IMG/VR virus record: IMGVR_UViG_3300013132_000039
Coordinates: 12,638-76,637 of that record
Strand: one strand, 5' to 3'
DNA: 64,000 nucleotides
Source of the DNA: a virus
Part shown: positions 1 through 9,168 of the stretch, piece by piece
How positions within the stretch are numbered: the stretch's first letter is position 1
How the letters are laid out: every line of letters starts with the position of its first letter
Translations under genes and position numbers: made by a program
The notes under the pieces: generated by a model
The model's input: only the letters and a program-made list of their open reading frames with translations
Databases searched by the model: none
What the model was told of the DNA's origin: nothing

Positions 1-429
1 ATCGCTCAGCGTACACGTCGTGGCGCTGGTAACTGGGCTGTTGTAAGTCCTACAACATTAACAATGTTGCAGAGTGCTACAACTAGTGCATTTGCTCGCA
101 CAACAGAAGGTACATTCGAAGCCCCAACAAACACCAAGTTTGCTGGTACACTTAACGGTGCAATGAAAGTTTATGTTGATACATATGCTGCCAATGACAC
201 AGTGCTTGTTGGTTACAAAGGTTCAACAGAAAGTGATGCACCTGCATTCTACTGCCCATACATTCCATTGATGAGCAGTGGTGTTGTTCTTGATCCTAGC
301 ACCTTTGAGCCAGTAGTTAGCTTTATGACACGTTATGGTTATGTTGAGCTAACAAATACTGCAAGCTCTCTAGGTAATGCTGCGGATTATCTTGGAACAG
401 TAACAGTATCTAATCCAACATTCTTCTAA
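1..429 (+). CDS. gp23: Major capsid protein, T4 gp23-like, C-terminal part (gene starts upstream of the window)
   Basis: Frame open from base 1: IAQRTRRGAGNWAVVSP...GYKG...AFYCPYIPL...DPSTFEPVVSFMTRYG, typical gp23 C-terminal motifs. Confidence 0.95.
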   Translation: MAQRTRRGAGNWAVVSPTTLTMLQSATTSAFARTTEGTFEAPTNTKFAGTLNGAMKVYVDTYAANDTVLVGYKGSTESDAPAFYCPYIPLMSSGVVLDPSTFEPVVSFMTRYGYVELTNTASSLGNAADYLGTVTVSNPTFF

Positions 430-457
430 TCAACAAAGAAGAAATAGTTTGATTACT

Positions 458-488
458 AAGGGCGCCAAGTGCGCCCTTTGTTATTTCT
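458..488 (+). terminator. Intrinsic terminator after capsid gene
   Basis: Stem AAGGGCGC-caagt-GCGCCCTT followed by a T-rich tract. Confidence 0.75.
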
Positions 489-496
489 TATAAATA
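489..496 (+). promoter_or_regulatory. T4-type late promoter TATAAATA
   Basis: Exact gp55-type consensus, intergenic, upstream of the structural operon. Confidence 0.8.
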
Positions 497-556
497 CATT
501 GTCGATATGACTTATGCTTGCCAAGCATAGACCTAGAACGTCAAGGAGAAAATAAA

Positions 557-919
557 ATGGCAAATAAAATAAGCAAAAAATATTTCGGTCCTACAGGTAA
601 CGCCTCTACTCCCCACTTACCAATCAGATTTAAAACAGGTGGATCTGTTTATGAAGGTTATATTTTAAAACAAAAAGGTGCCCGTAGATTCAAATGTAGC
701 AGTGATAACGGTGCTACCACAGCAATTTGTAGTCTTACTGATGCAGTAGTTCCAGCAAATAACGGAGATGCTAGTCTAGTAGGAGTGGCAGCAGGAGGAA
801 CTTCTGTGCCTTTAAGAAAACTAGGCGGACGTAAAGCTCATGCATTTAATGGTAATAACTATAAATGGGTATTACAAGACGATTCAACAGAGACCTTAAT
901 AGTATTAACACAAATCTAA
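557..919 (+). CDS. Hypothetical virion protein
   Basis: ATG 557 follows AAGGAG SD (preferred to the TTG at 518); lies just after the capsid gene, behind a late promoter. Confidence 0.7.
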   Translation: MANKISKKYFGPTGNASTPHLPIRFKTGGSVYEGYILKQKGARRFKCSSDNGATTAICSLTDAVVPANNGDASLVGVAAGGTSVPLRKLGGRKAHAFNGNNYKWVLQDDSTETLIVLTQI

Positions 920-920
920 A

Positions 921-2018
921 ATGACCGTAAAAGTATTAAATGTAAGTGACGGCAACTATAAAGTAGTTGTAAAGCAATCTGGTGATATTGATTTAGATAC
1001 TAGAGGTCCTACGTCTGTTGGGTTAGGTAAAGTTAACATATACGGTGACCTTTGGATCTATGGTAGCCAAACACAGGTAGAATCTACGCAGCTTTATGTT
1101 AGTGATCAAAAAATCACTATAGCAGATGGTAATAGCAATAGCACTCTACCAGGCGACGGCAACGGCGGGTTTGATATTATACGTGGAAATGGAAATGCTA
1201 GCTTTTATTTTAATGAAAACATTAATCATCGTAACAGCGCCTATGCACTAATAAATGGTTCATTTGAACTATTAATAGGCGGGAATAGAGCTGGACTTTA
1301 TGTTAGTAGTATTCAAGTTGCTAATAACGATAACTTATATTTGATAAATCAAGGTACTGGTGTAGTAACTGTTCGAGGAACAAATAATTACGAAGAAAAT
1401 ATTTTAGACTACCCTGTCGGACATACAGCAGGCGGTCAATATGCTCCTGCTACAGGACAAATTATTTTATATAACAATGATACAGCTAAGGATGCATTAG
1501 TTAATACACAAGGTTTGGCAGACTATGTAACATCTGCATTATACTATGCAAACTTTACTCATATTACAAATGATGACACTGAAGTTAGAGTATTTGATGC
1601 TAGTAGCACTGATCCTTTAAGCCAAAACAATCCTAGCTATATTAACTTTAAAGTTGATGGGACTCAGAGGGCTAAAATTGATTCTAATAATCTTAGCATT
1701 CCTGTAAGTACCGATTTTCTTCAAATTTCTAGTAGCGGAGCAAATGCTACTATTAGCGTAACTGGAGTAGCTAATCGAAATATTGAACTTGATCCTAGTG
1801 GAACTGGAAAAGTAAAAGTAAGTTCTGATTTAGAAACTACTGGAGTTTTACAACTAGATAATCAGGTTTCTACTCCTAGTACCAACAGTAATTATAATGT
1901 CCTTTATAGCAAATCTACACTAGGTATGGGCAAAACTGGTCTATACTTTGCTAACCCTACAGCAGGTGATGAGTTAGTAAGTAGACGTAGAGCCTTGGGA
2001 TTTAGCATGATATTTTAA
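921..2018 (+). CDS. Virion structural protein, fibre/baseplate-associated
   Basis: G/N/S/T-rich beta protein with NIELDPSGTGKV fibre-type motif; late operon. Confidence 0.6.
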   Translation: MTVKVLNVSDGNYKVVVKQSGDIDLDTRGPTSVGLGKVNIYGDLWIYGSQTQVESTQLYVSDQKITIADGNSNSTLPGDGNGGFDIIRGNGNASFYFNENINHRNSAYALINGSFELLIGGNRAGLYVSSIQVANNDNLYLINQGTGVVTVRGTNNYEENILDYPVGHTAGGQYAPATGQIILYNNDTAKDALVNTQGLADYVTSALYYANFTHITNDDTEVRVFDASSTDPLSQNNPSYINFKVDGTQRAKIDSNNLSIPVSTDFLQISSSGANATISVTGVANRNIELDPSGTGKVKVSSDLETTGVLQLDNQVSTPSTNSNYNVLYSKSTLGMGKTGLYFANPTAGDELVSRRRALGFSMIF

Positions 2019-2028
2019 GGACAAGAAA

Positions 2029-2355
2029 ATGGCAATTCGTAACGCAGCATTATTAACAGGAGGAACCACAATATTCACTTGTCCAGGTACACTTGTAACC
2101 GATGTACAAGAACACGCAGTTACCTGTTTAATATTTTGTAATGTTGATTCTAATGATGCTAATTTAGATTTATCTGCATACAGTCAAGATACTGGAAATA
2201 CAATGAAATTAGTTAATAGTTTAACCGTTCCAGCAGGCGAGACATTTACGTTTGATACAGAAAAGTTAGTATTAACTACAGGTGATTATTTAATAGCAAC
2301 ACCGTCTGCTAATAATAGACTAGTTGTAACAGTAAGTTCTATGCGAGTAGGTTAA
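2029..2355 (+). CDS. Small fibre-associated protein, paralogue 1 of 3
   Basis: Shares TxF/YxCP...LxxCN...(V/I)P...EKLVL pattern with 2956 and 16860; AAGGA SD. Confidence 0.65.
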   Translation: MAIRNAALLTGGTTIFTCPGTLVTDVQEHAVTCLIFCNVDSNDANLDLSAYSQDTGNTMKLVNSLTVPAGETFTFDTEKLVLTTGDYLIATPSANNRLVVTVSSMRVG

Positions 2356-2897
2356 TGAAGTTTCTGAAAAAGAGTCAGCTTAATTTTAGAAATGTTAAAG
2401 ATCAAAGTGTTAGTGTAGAAACTGATGGTCGAGTTACTATGGATGGTAAAATTAGTTTGCTTATTCCTAAAGGGCAAACTGCCGACCGTCCAGTAACTTC
2501 TATAGAAGGAATGATACGTTATAACTCAGACTCAAATGAACTAGAAGCATATCAAGGAAATAGCTCTACAGGTAACGCAATTTGGCGTACGATAAAGTTT
2601 AAAGAACCGAGCACGCTATCATTCCAATCTTTTGTTTCTCATTCTGGTGGTGATATGTTTGGACCTTTAAGCATAAACCCTTTTGACTTTAAAAAAGAAG
2701 GCTCTTCTTTGTCACTAACTGCTAGTGAAATCGCAGAAAGACTTTTAGTTATAGTTGAAAATGTCATACAGGTGGCCAATGTAAATTATGAAATATTGCA
2801 AGATCCTATAGGTTATGCAGCAGGTGCTTGGATACATTTTGGTAGTAGTGTTCCAACTACTAAAAACATTTACATAATAAACGGCCTAGACCGTTAA
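2355..2897 (+). CDS. Tail-fibre-related structural protein
   Basis: IPKGQTADRP...GMIRYNSDSNELEAY motif common in T4-like fibre proteins; TAATG coupling. Confidence 0.6.
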   Translation: MKFLKKSQLNFRNVKDQSVSVETDGRVTMDGKISLLIPKGQTADRPVTSIEGMIRYNSDSNELEAYQGNSSTGNAIWRTIKFKEPSTLSFQSFVSHSGGDMFGPLSINPFDFKKEGSSLSLTASEIAERLLVIVENVIQVANVNYEILQDPIGYAAGAWIHFGSSVPTTKNIYIINGLDR

Positions 2898-2921
2898 CTA
2901 AAAAGCTATTATTTTATTTTT

Positions 2922-2929
2922 AATAAATA
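2922..2929 (+). promoter_or_regulatory. Late promoter AATAAATA
   Basis: One mismatch to TATAAATA, intergenic. Confidence 0.6.
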
Positions 2930-2955
2930 CAAGACAAGCTTTTTTTGGATGAAAT

Positions 2956-3285
2956 ATGGCAACCTTTTTTAGAACCAAAGTTGTTAAAGGCGTAGGCCTT
3001 ACACCAGTCGACGTTGTGAACACGATTTCAAACAACAGATTTACAATTTTAGGTTGTAATGCAGCCAATGTCACAGATGATAATGTAATTGTAGATGTTA
3101 AAGTTGTTGATGCAAGCAGTACAGAGGCTTATTGGGTGAAGGGCATTGTTATACCTCCTTACAATTCATTAAAAATAGTAACTAATGGTGAAAAACTTAT
3201 ACTAGCAGAAAATTGTGCTCTTAGACTAGTAAGTGATCAACCAGGCAGCGTAGATGTAGTAGTAAGCTATGCTGAAATTGTTTAA
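2956..3285 (+). CDS. Small fibre-associated protein, paralogue 2 of 3
   Basis: ILGCNAAN...IPPYNSL...GEKLILAENCAL, similar to 2029 and 16860. Confidence 0.65.
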   Translation: MATFFRTKVVKGVGLTPVDVVNTISNNRFTILGCNAANVTDDNVIVDVKVVDASSTEAYWVKGIVIPPYNSLKIVTNGEKLILAENCALRLVSDQPGSVDVVVSYAEIV

Positions 3286-3295
3286 AGGATAAACG

Positions 3296-3658
3296 ATGGC
3301 ACAGAATAATTACTTATTTGGACTTGATGAAACTACATTACTAGGCGATGCGCCAAAATATTTTTATGGGCTAAGACGAACAAAAGAAGGTGATTTATAT
3401 TTTGGAAAGTATAATACATTACAACCAGACGAACTTATTGTAGTAAACAATAACGGTCCAGCGGAAGAAGATTACAGCGAATTCGAATATGGTGTTGACT
3501 ATGTTGATAACATAGATGAGAATCATAATATTGTATATGACAACTTGTATTTTAGTCAATATCGTTGGGACACAAGGTCTATGTATTATTACATAGACGA
3601 AAATGGTAGTTTTATTGCTAGAATTGCGCAAAAATATACCTACGAAGAAGAATTATAA
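3296..3658 (+). CDS. Hypothetical acidic, Tyr-rich protein
   Basis: AAGGA SD, within the structural operon. Confidence 0.65.
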   Translation: MAQNNYLFGLDETTLLGDAPKYFYGLRRTKEGDLYFGKYNTLQPDELIVVNNNGPAEEDYSEFEYGVDYVDNIDENHNIVYDNLYFSQYRWDTRSMYYYIDENGSFIARIAQKYTYEEEL

Positions 3659-3661
3659 ATA
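3654..3661 (+). promoter_or_regulatory. Late promoter TATAAATA
   Basis: Exact consensus overlapping a stop codon, upstream of giant fibre gene 1. Confidence 0.75.
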
Positions 3662-3684
3662 TTGAATAAGTACAGGAAAACATA

Positions 3685-6600
3685 ATGGCTGAGTTTAAAA
3701 TTAGTAGATTGCGCTTTAGATGGCGCGGAATATGGAATTCTAACACAGAGTACTTTTTAGATGACATAGTATTCTATGGCGGTGGAAGTTGGACCTGTGT
3801 AAGAAGACACGTTTCTACTAATTTTTATGACGGACAAACTTTTCTAGCTGATTCCGCAGATACCAGTCCAACACCTGCATTTGAAAGAATGACAGATGGT
3901 TTTACTTTTCTTGGAGATTGGCAAAGTTATCAAGATTATACAGCAGGATCTATTATTAATGCAGGAGGAACTCTGTATGTTTGCTTAACGGATCATGCAG
4001 GGACTCAATATTTTAATCAGTCAGAATCTAATTGGACTATATTTGCTATAGGAATAAGATTTAAAGGCGATTGGCAGATCAATACTAGGTACCAAAAAGG
4101 CGATGTTGTTCTTTACAATAGTAATCAGTACCGTTGTATATTAGAGCATACTAGTCCGTCAATAGCACAAGGTATTATTGCTGGAAATAATGATGGCAAT
4201 GATGATAGTACAGGAGAGACCTGGACTTTATTTTTAGAAAATTTTACTTATGCTGGTTCTCATACACCTATTACAAGGTATAGGCTTAATGATCTTGTAA
4301 AATACGGTGGAAGTATCTGGAGATGTACTAACGAACATACAAGTAGTTCAATTGTTAATCAATTTGATTCTACAAAATTTACTTTGTATCTTTATGGAAA
4401 TAACTTTCGAGGAGACTATGACCAAACTGCTTATTACGGTGTAGGAGATGTTGTTCGTTATAGTAGCTATCTTTATGTAGCTACTATTAATGTGTCTCCA
4501 TTAGATCATAGTATTCCAGGAGTAAGTAGTTTGTTTCCTGATGGAAATCCAACCTGGCAAGTACAATTACAAGGGTATAATTTTAAAGGTGATTTTAGCA
4601 CATCCGGTACTTACAAAAAAGGTGATGTAGTTCTTAGGGGAGCAAACTTATTTGTAAGTTTAACAGATACTAATCAGGATGGTAGCTCAATAGATTATTT
4701 AGATAATTCTAATTGGACTTTGCTTGTACCTAGCTCAACATTTAGAGGATCTTGGGACTATCCAGTTTCTTATGATTTAAATGACCTTGTAGTATATTTA
4801 GGAACTACTTATAAATCAAACATAGCTCATATAAGTGCTATTAACAGCTTCCCAGGTGACAACGGTAGTGGATATAACTATTGGGATGTGTTTGTTCAAG
4901 GTGATGTTTATGCAGGATTAAAGAAGCCTGGAGACCTTTTAACCTATAATTTAAGCAGAGATGATGTAGGAAACGATGGCAGCACAATTATAGGAGATTT
5001 AAGCTCTTATGGTCCTGCTAGGGTGAAGATTGGAGAACAAGATCAACTTTTAGTTATTGAAAATGACGATGGTGATATTGGTTATAAAACCTGGGGGAAC
5101 ATTAATAGAGTATTTCATGTAAGAACTAATGGTGTTGATGATGATACAGATCCTAATAGAGGTATAAATTATTTTAAACCTTTTAGAACAATTAGATATG
5201 CCTGCGAAAAAGCAGATGATGGCTGGACTGGAACCACTACAATTAAAGTTTCTACCGGAGATTACTACGAAATTTTACCTATAATTATTCCTGCAAGAAC
5301 TGCTGTTGTAGGTGAAGAATTAAGGTCAGCAAGAATTTTAGCTAATGAACCTATAGCTGCATTAGCCAATGATTATAGTTATACTATTGCTTGCCTGAAT
5401 AGATTAGAATTTATTATGTCTGACTTACTTACTGGTACAACAATAATTAAATCTGTTGGCAATACAGTAAGTCAAAATGTATCAAATACTGGTGCATTAA
5501 CTGTTAACATTAATAAAGTACTAAGTTTAATAACAGATGTTAAAACTTATATTAATTATAAAGTAGGCAATGTCGGATCTACTGTTGCTGTTTATGGAAC
5601 TAACACTGCTACAACTTCAGTATCTGCCTTATCGGCTGCTGCTGCTCTTAGTGCAAATAAAGACTTTTTAATTGCAGAAATAAATGCATTTATGACATCT
5701 TCTTATCCTAGCTATGTATTTGATCAAGACAGATGTGGAAGAGACACAAAACGTTATATTGAAGCTTTTATCTATGATGTTACCTATCCTGGTAATTATA
5801 AATCAGTCTTAGCTGCTAGGTATTATTCTAATGCAGTAAAAGGTTCTTATCTTGAAGATATGTTCTATGTAAGAGATGCCACTGGTATTAGAAACATGAC
5901 TATGCTCGGATTAGAAGGCACCTTGCAAGCTAATATTGGTTTAGAACCTTATCAAAGACCAAGTGGCGGAAGTTATGTGAGTTTAGACCCAGGATGGGGA
6001 CCGGATGATAACAGAACCTGGATTTTAACAAGAAGTTGTTATGTACAAAATTGTACTACATTTGGATATGCAGCTACAGGACAAAAAATTGATGGCGCCA
6101 TACATAACGGCGGCAATAAATCTATTGTGAGCAATGACTTTACCCAGGTCATTAGTGATGGTGTAGGCTGTCATGTTCTGAATGGTGGAAGAGCAGAATT
6201 AGTTTCAGTGTTTACCTATTATTCGCAAATAGGAATGTTTTCAGAGGATGGAGGCATAATAAGAGCAACTAACGGAAACAGTTCTTATGGAAAATTTGGC
6301 GCGATTGCCGATGGAGGTGATCCGTTAGAAGTACCCCAGATTGGTAAGGTTAACACGCAAACTGAACAAGCTATTATTGCGTCAGCGTTTGCAGGTGAAG
6401 TAAATGATTATATTTTTATTTTAGAATTTCAAAATGCTGGACAAGAATATACAACTGCAAATTATACATTTACTAGCTCAGGTACAGGAGCTACCGTTTT
6501 ACAAGAAGAATTTAGAGATAACGGAGTCTTTGAAGCTCAGGTGCTGACCTCTGGAGCAGGACACATAATACGAGGTAATAACGCCCAAATTGGAACGACA

Positions 6601-9132
6601 ACTTCAATTACTCTGGCTAGTAACGATCCAAGTACAGAAGCAGAAATATTAGGATGTAGAATTGTAATTACATCAGGCGAAGGAACAGGACAATATGGAT
6701 ATATTACTAGCTATGATCCTATTAACAAATTAGCAACAATAAGTAAAGAATCAAGCGGAACTCCTGGTTGGGACCATGTTGTTCCAGGAACAATTATTAA
6801 AACACAGTTAACAACTTCAAGTCGTTATAGAATTGAGCCAAGAGTAGTATTTTCTGATCCAGGGTTCTCAGTAGCCTCTACTTTAAGTCAAAGTACAACT
6901 ATTAAAGCTAATGCTATATACGGTGAAACAATTGAAACTTACACTAATAAATTAACTGATGTTGGACTAGCTACTTTTAATGTAACAAAAACCGGCAGAT
7001 CTTACTCAGTGGCCTTAACCTTTGGCGGACTAGATTACGAAGAAAATGACATATTAACAATTACTGGAGCTAATATTGGAGGAGAAGCTATTGAGCACGA
7101 CATAACAATTACTGTAACAAGCATTGATACAGGAGGTGTTATAACTGGGTTTACCTATGAAGGAATTGGAACTAGCGGTAGATTTGTTATGAGCCCAGGT
7201 GCAAGCAGTGTAGCTAGCCATAGCTTAGATGGATTAGTATGGTATGACTCTCTACTACCCACATCAGGATTTTGGAGAGCATTGGCCTACGGTATGAATA
7301 AGTTTGTAACTATTCTTTACGGTTCAAGTACCATGGCTTATTCTTCCGATGGGGTGAATTGGACTCAAGGCAGTATGCCTTCTTCTAGAAATTGGGTAAG
7401 CTGTGCGTACGGCGATGGAGTGTTTTGTGCTATAGCAAATAACTTAGATACAGCAGCTACAAGTATAAACGGCATTGGGTGGGTAGCAACAACATTGCCT
7501 GACGTAGGTGATAGTGCAACAAATGAATGGGTAGCGATAACTTATGGAAAAGGAAAGTTTGTTGCTATAGCAAATAGTAGTAATGCTGTTGCTATAGGAA
7601 CCTGGAACGGAACAACTATGTCCTGGCAAGGCGCCGTAATTGAAGTTCAAGATTCTAGTTTACAAAACTGGGCTAGTATTGCTTACGGCAATGGTAAATT
7701 CGTTGCTGTTTCTACTACAGGATATGTAACTTATAGTTTTGATGGACTAAATTGGGAAACAAGCTCTAACGGAATGCCTCAAGACGATACTTTAGAAATG
7801 TATTGGGAACGTATTCGCTACGGACAAGGTGTGTTTTTTGCAACCTGCAAAAGTCCTCAACAAGATGTAACAGCATTTTGCGCAACTTCCTATGACGGTA
7901 TAAGCTGGACTGGAAGAAGTTTAAATTCAGCACAAAATTGGGGTCCTGTTGCTTTTGGTAATCCTGATATTAGTTTAGGAGATTCAACTAAATCTAATAA
8001 CAGAGGAGTATGGGTAGTAGGTACTACAACAGCCAGTAGATCTATTAATAGAATTTTAACAGGTGCAAGAGCTTTAGGTCGTGTAGTAGTAGAACAAGGT
8101 GTCACTAAAGTATTACTATGGGAACCAGGTTCAGGATATGCAATACCACCTACTATATCTTTAACTGATCCAAATATTACTTCAAATGCAACATATAGAG
8201 TAAGAATAGCTGATAGTGTACTAGCACAACCTACATTCCTTACAAGAGGAAACGGATATCGAACAAGCTCAACAACAGTAGCAGTTAGCGGTGATGGTTT
8301 CGCAGATATTCTTCCTGTAGGATCTTATATTACAGTAGACGGTCTAACAACTGTTCCAGGACCTGGAGCACAATTTTATATTGGCGGAAAATCAACTTAT
8401 TACACTGCCGTAGTAACAGGTATTAATGTTAGTAATATAAATGGTAAGTACAGATCAACATTTAGAATAACACCAACTATCACCGTGGCAGATTATATTC
8501 AAGATGATATGGAAGTTATTGTAAAAGAATTATATAGTCAGGTTAGAATAACGGGACATGATTTCTTAGATGTTGGAACAGGAAATTTCTTACAAACAAA
8601 TTATCCAAGTCTGTATGTAAATTATGACTATGACAGAATTCCTTCTAACGAAGTAGGACAGCTCAATGGAGGTCGTGTTTTTTATGTAAGCACTGACCAA
8701 GACGGTAACTTTAGAGCAGGCGATCTATTTGCAGTTGAGCAAGCAACAGGCATTGTTACAATTAGCGCTGACTTCTTTGACTTAGCAGGACTTACAGAAC
8801 TAGCTTTAGGTGGAGTGGTCGTGGGTGGAACAGGAACTGTTATTAGAGAATTTAGTACAGATCCTAAATTTACAGCTAACTCTAATAATATTGTTCCGAC
8901 TCAAAAAGCTATTATTTCTTACTTACAATCAAGATTAAACATCGGTGGAGAAGATCTGTTAACTGCTAGCTTCATTGCTGGAACAGTAAAAGTAGGTCCT
9001 GCTGAAATAAGTAACTCAGCTAACTTAACAAATCAAATTCCAGTAATTGCAAATTTTTCAGGCCCAGGAAGCGCCATACAAGGTTCTATTTTAGCTCAAA
9101 GTATGTTTTACGCTTCTTTTAATGTTGGATAA
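3685..9132 (+). CDS. Giant virion fibre/adhesin protein 1 (1815 aa): CBM-like N-terminal repeats, beta-helix with one inserted phycobiliprotein-like domain, beta-propeller repeats
   Basis: Repeats FxGxW...YxxxDxVxYxG..YxC...H; WxxxAYGxGxFVA repeats; paralogous to 9169..16845 over its whole length. Confidence 0.75.
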   Translation: MAEFKISRLRFRWRGIWNSNTEYFLDDIVFYGGGSWTCVRRHVSTNFYDGQTFLADSADTSPTPAFERMTDGFTFLGDWQSYQDYTAGSIINAGGTLYVCLTDHAGTQYFNQSESNWTIFAIGIRFKGDWQINTRYQKGDVVLYNSNQYRCILEHTSPSIAQGIIAGNNDGNDDSTGETWTLFLENFTYAGSHTPITRYRLNDLVKYGGSIWRCTNEHTSSSIVNQFDSTKFTLYLYGNNFRGDYDQTAYYGVGDVVRYSSYLYVATINVSPLDHSIPGVSSLFPDGNPTWQVQLQGYNFKGDFSTSGTYKKGDVVLRGANLFVSLTDTNQDGSSIDYLDNSNWTLLVPSSTFRGSWDYPVSYDLNDLVVYLGTTYKSNIAHISAINSFPGDNGSGYNYWDVFVQGDVYAGLKKPGDLLTYNLSRDDVGNDGSTIIGDLSSYGPARVKIGEQDQLLVIENDDGDIGYKTWGNINRVFHVRTNGVDDDTDPNRGINYFKPFRTIRYACEKADDGWTGTTTIKVSTGDYYEILPIIIPARTAVVGEELRSARILANEPIAALANDYSYTIACLNRLEFIMSDLLTGTTIIKSVGNTVSQNVSNTGALTVNINKVLSLITDVKTYINYKVGNVGSTVAVYGTNTATTSVSALSAAAALSANKDFLIAEINAFMTSSYPSYVFDQDRCGRDTKRYIEAFIYDVTYPGNYKSVLAARYYSNAVKGSYLEDMFYVRDATGIRNMTMLGLEGTLQANIGLEPYQRPSGGSYVSLDPGWGPDDNRTWILTRSCYVQNCTTFGYAATGQKIDGAIHNGGNKSIVSNDFTQVISDGVGCHVLNGGRAELVSVFTYYSQIGMFSEDGGIIRATNGNSSYGKFGAIADGGDPLEVPQIGKVNTQTEQAIIASAFAGEVNDYIFILEFQNAGQEYTTANYTFTSSGTGATVLQEEFRDNGVFEAQVLTSGAGHIIRGNNAQIGTTTSITLASNDPSTEAEILGCRIVITSGEGTGQYGYITSYDPINKLATISKESSGTPGWDHVVPGTIIKTQLTTSSRYRIEPRVVFSDPGFSVASTLSQSTTIKANAIYGETIETYTNKLTDVGLATFNVTKTGRSYSVALTFGGLDYEENDILTITGANIGGEAIEHDITITVTSIDTGGVITGFTYEGIGTSGRFVMSPGASSVASHSLDGLVWYDSLLPTSGFWRALAYGMNKFVTILYGSSTMAYSSDGVNWTQGSMPSSRNWVSCAYGDGVFCAIANNLDTAATSINGIGWVATTLPDVGDSATNEWVAITYGKGKFVAIANSSNAVAIGTWNGTTMSWQGAVIEVQDSSLQNWASIAYGNGKFVAVSTTGYVTYSFDGLNWETSSNGMPQDDTLEMYWERIRYGQGVFFATCKSPQQDVTAFCATSYDGISWTGRSLNSAQNWGPVAFGNPDISLGDSTKSNNRGVWVVGTTTASRSINRILTGARALGRVVVEQGVTKVLLWEPGSGYAIPPTISLTDPNITSNATYRVRIADSVLAQPTFLTRGNGYRTSSTTVAVSGDGFADILPVGSYITVDGLTTVPGPGAQFYIGGKSTYYTAVVTGINVSNINGKYRSTFRITPTITVADYIQDDMEVIVKELYSQVRITGHDFLDVGTGNFLQTNYPSLYVNYDYDRIPSNEVGQLNGGRVFYVSTDQDGNFRAGDLFAVEQATGIVTISADFFDLAGLTELALGGVVVGGTGTVIREFSTDPKFTANSNNIVPTQKAIISYLQSRLNIGGEDLLTASFIAGTVKVGPAEISNSANLTNQIPVIANFSGPGSAIQGSILAQSMFYASFNVG

Positions 9133-9134
9133 AA

Positions 9135-9142
9135 AATAAATA
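9135..9142 (+). promoter_or_regulatory. Late promoter AATAAATA
   Basis: Intergenic, upstream of the GGAG SD of giant fibre gene 2. Confidence 0.65.
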
Positions 9143-9168
9143 TTATAAAATAGAATCTCGGAGTTAAT

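Noticed and set aside
2880-2946. Inverted repeats AACGG/CCGTT and AAAAAGCT/AGCTTTTT around a late box
   Set aside because: Short or widely spaced in very AT-rich DNA; not a convincing terminator or ncRNA
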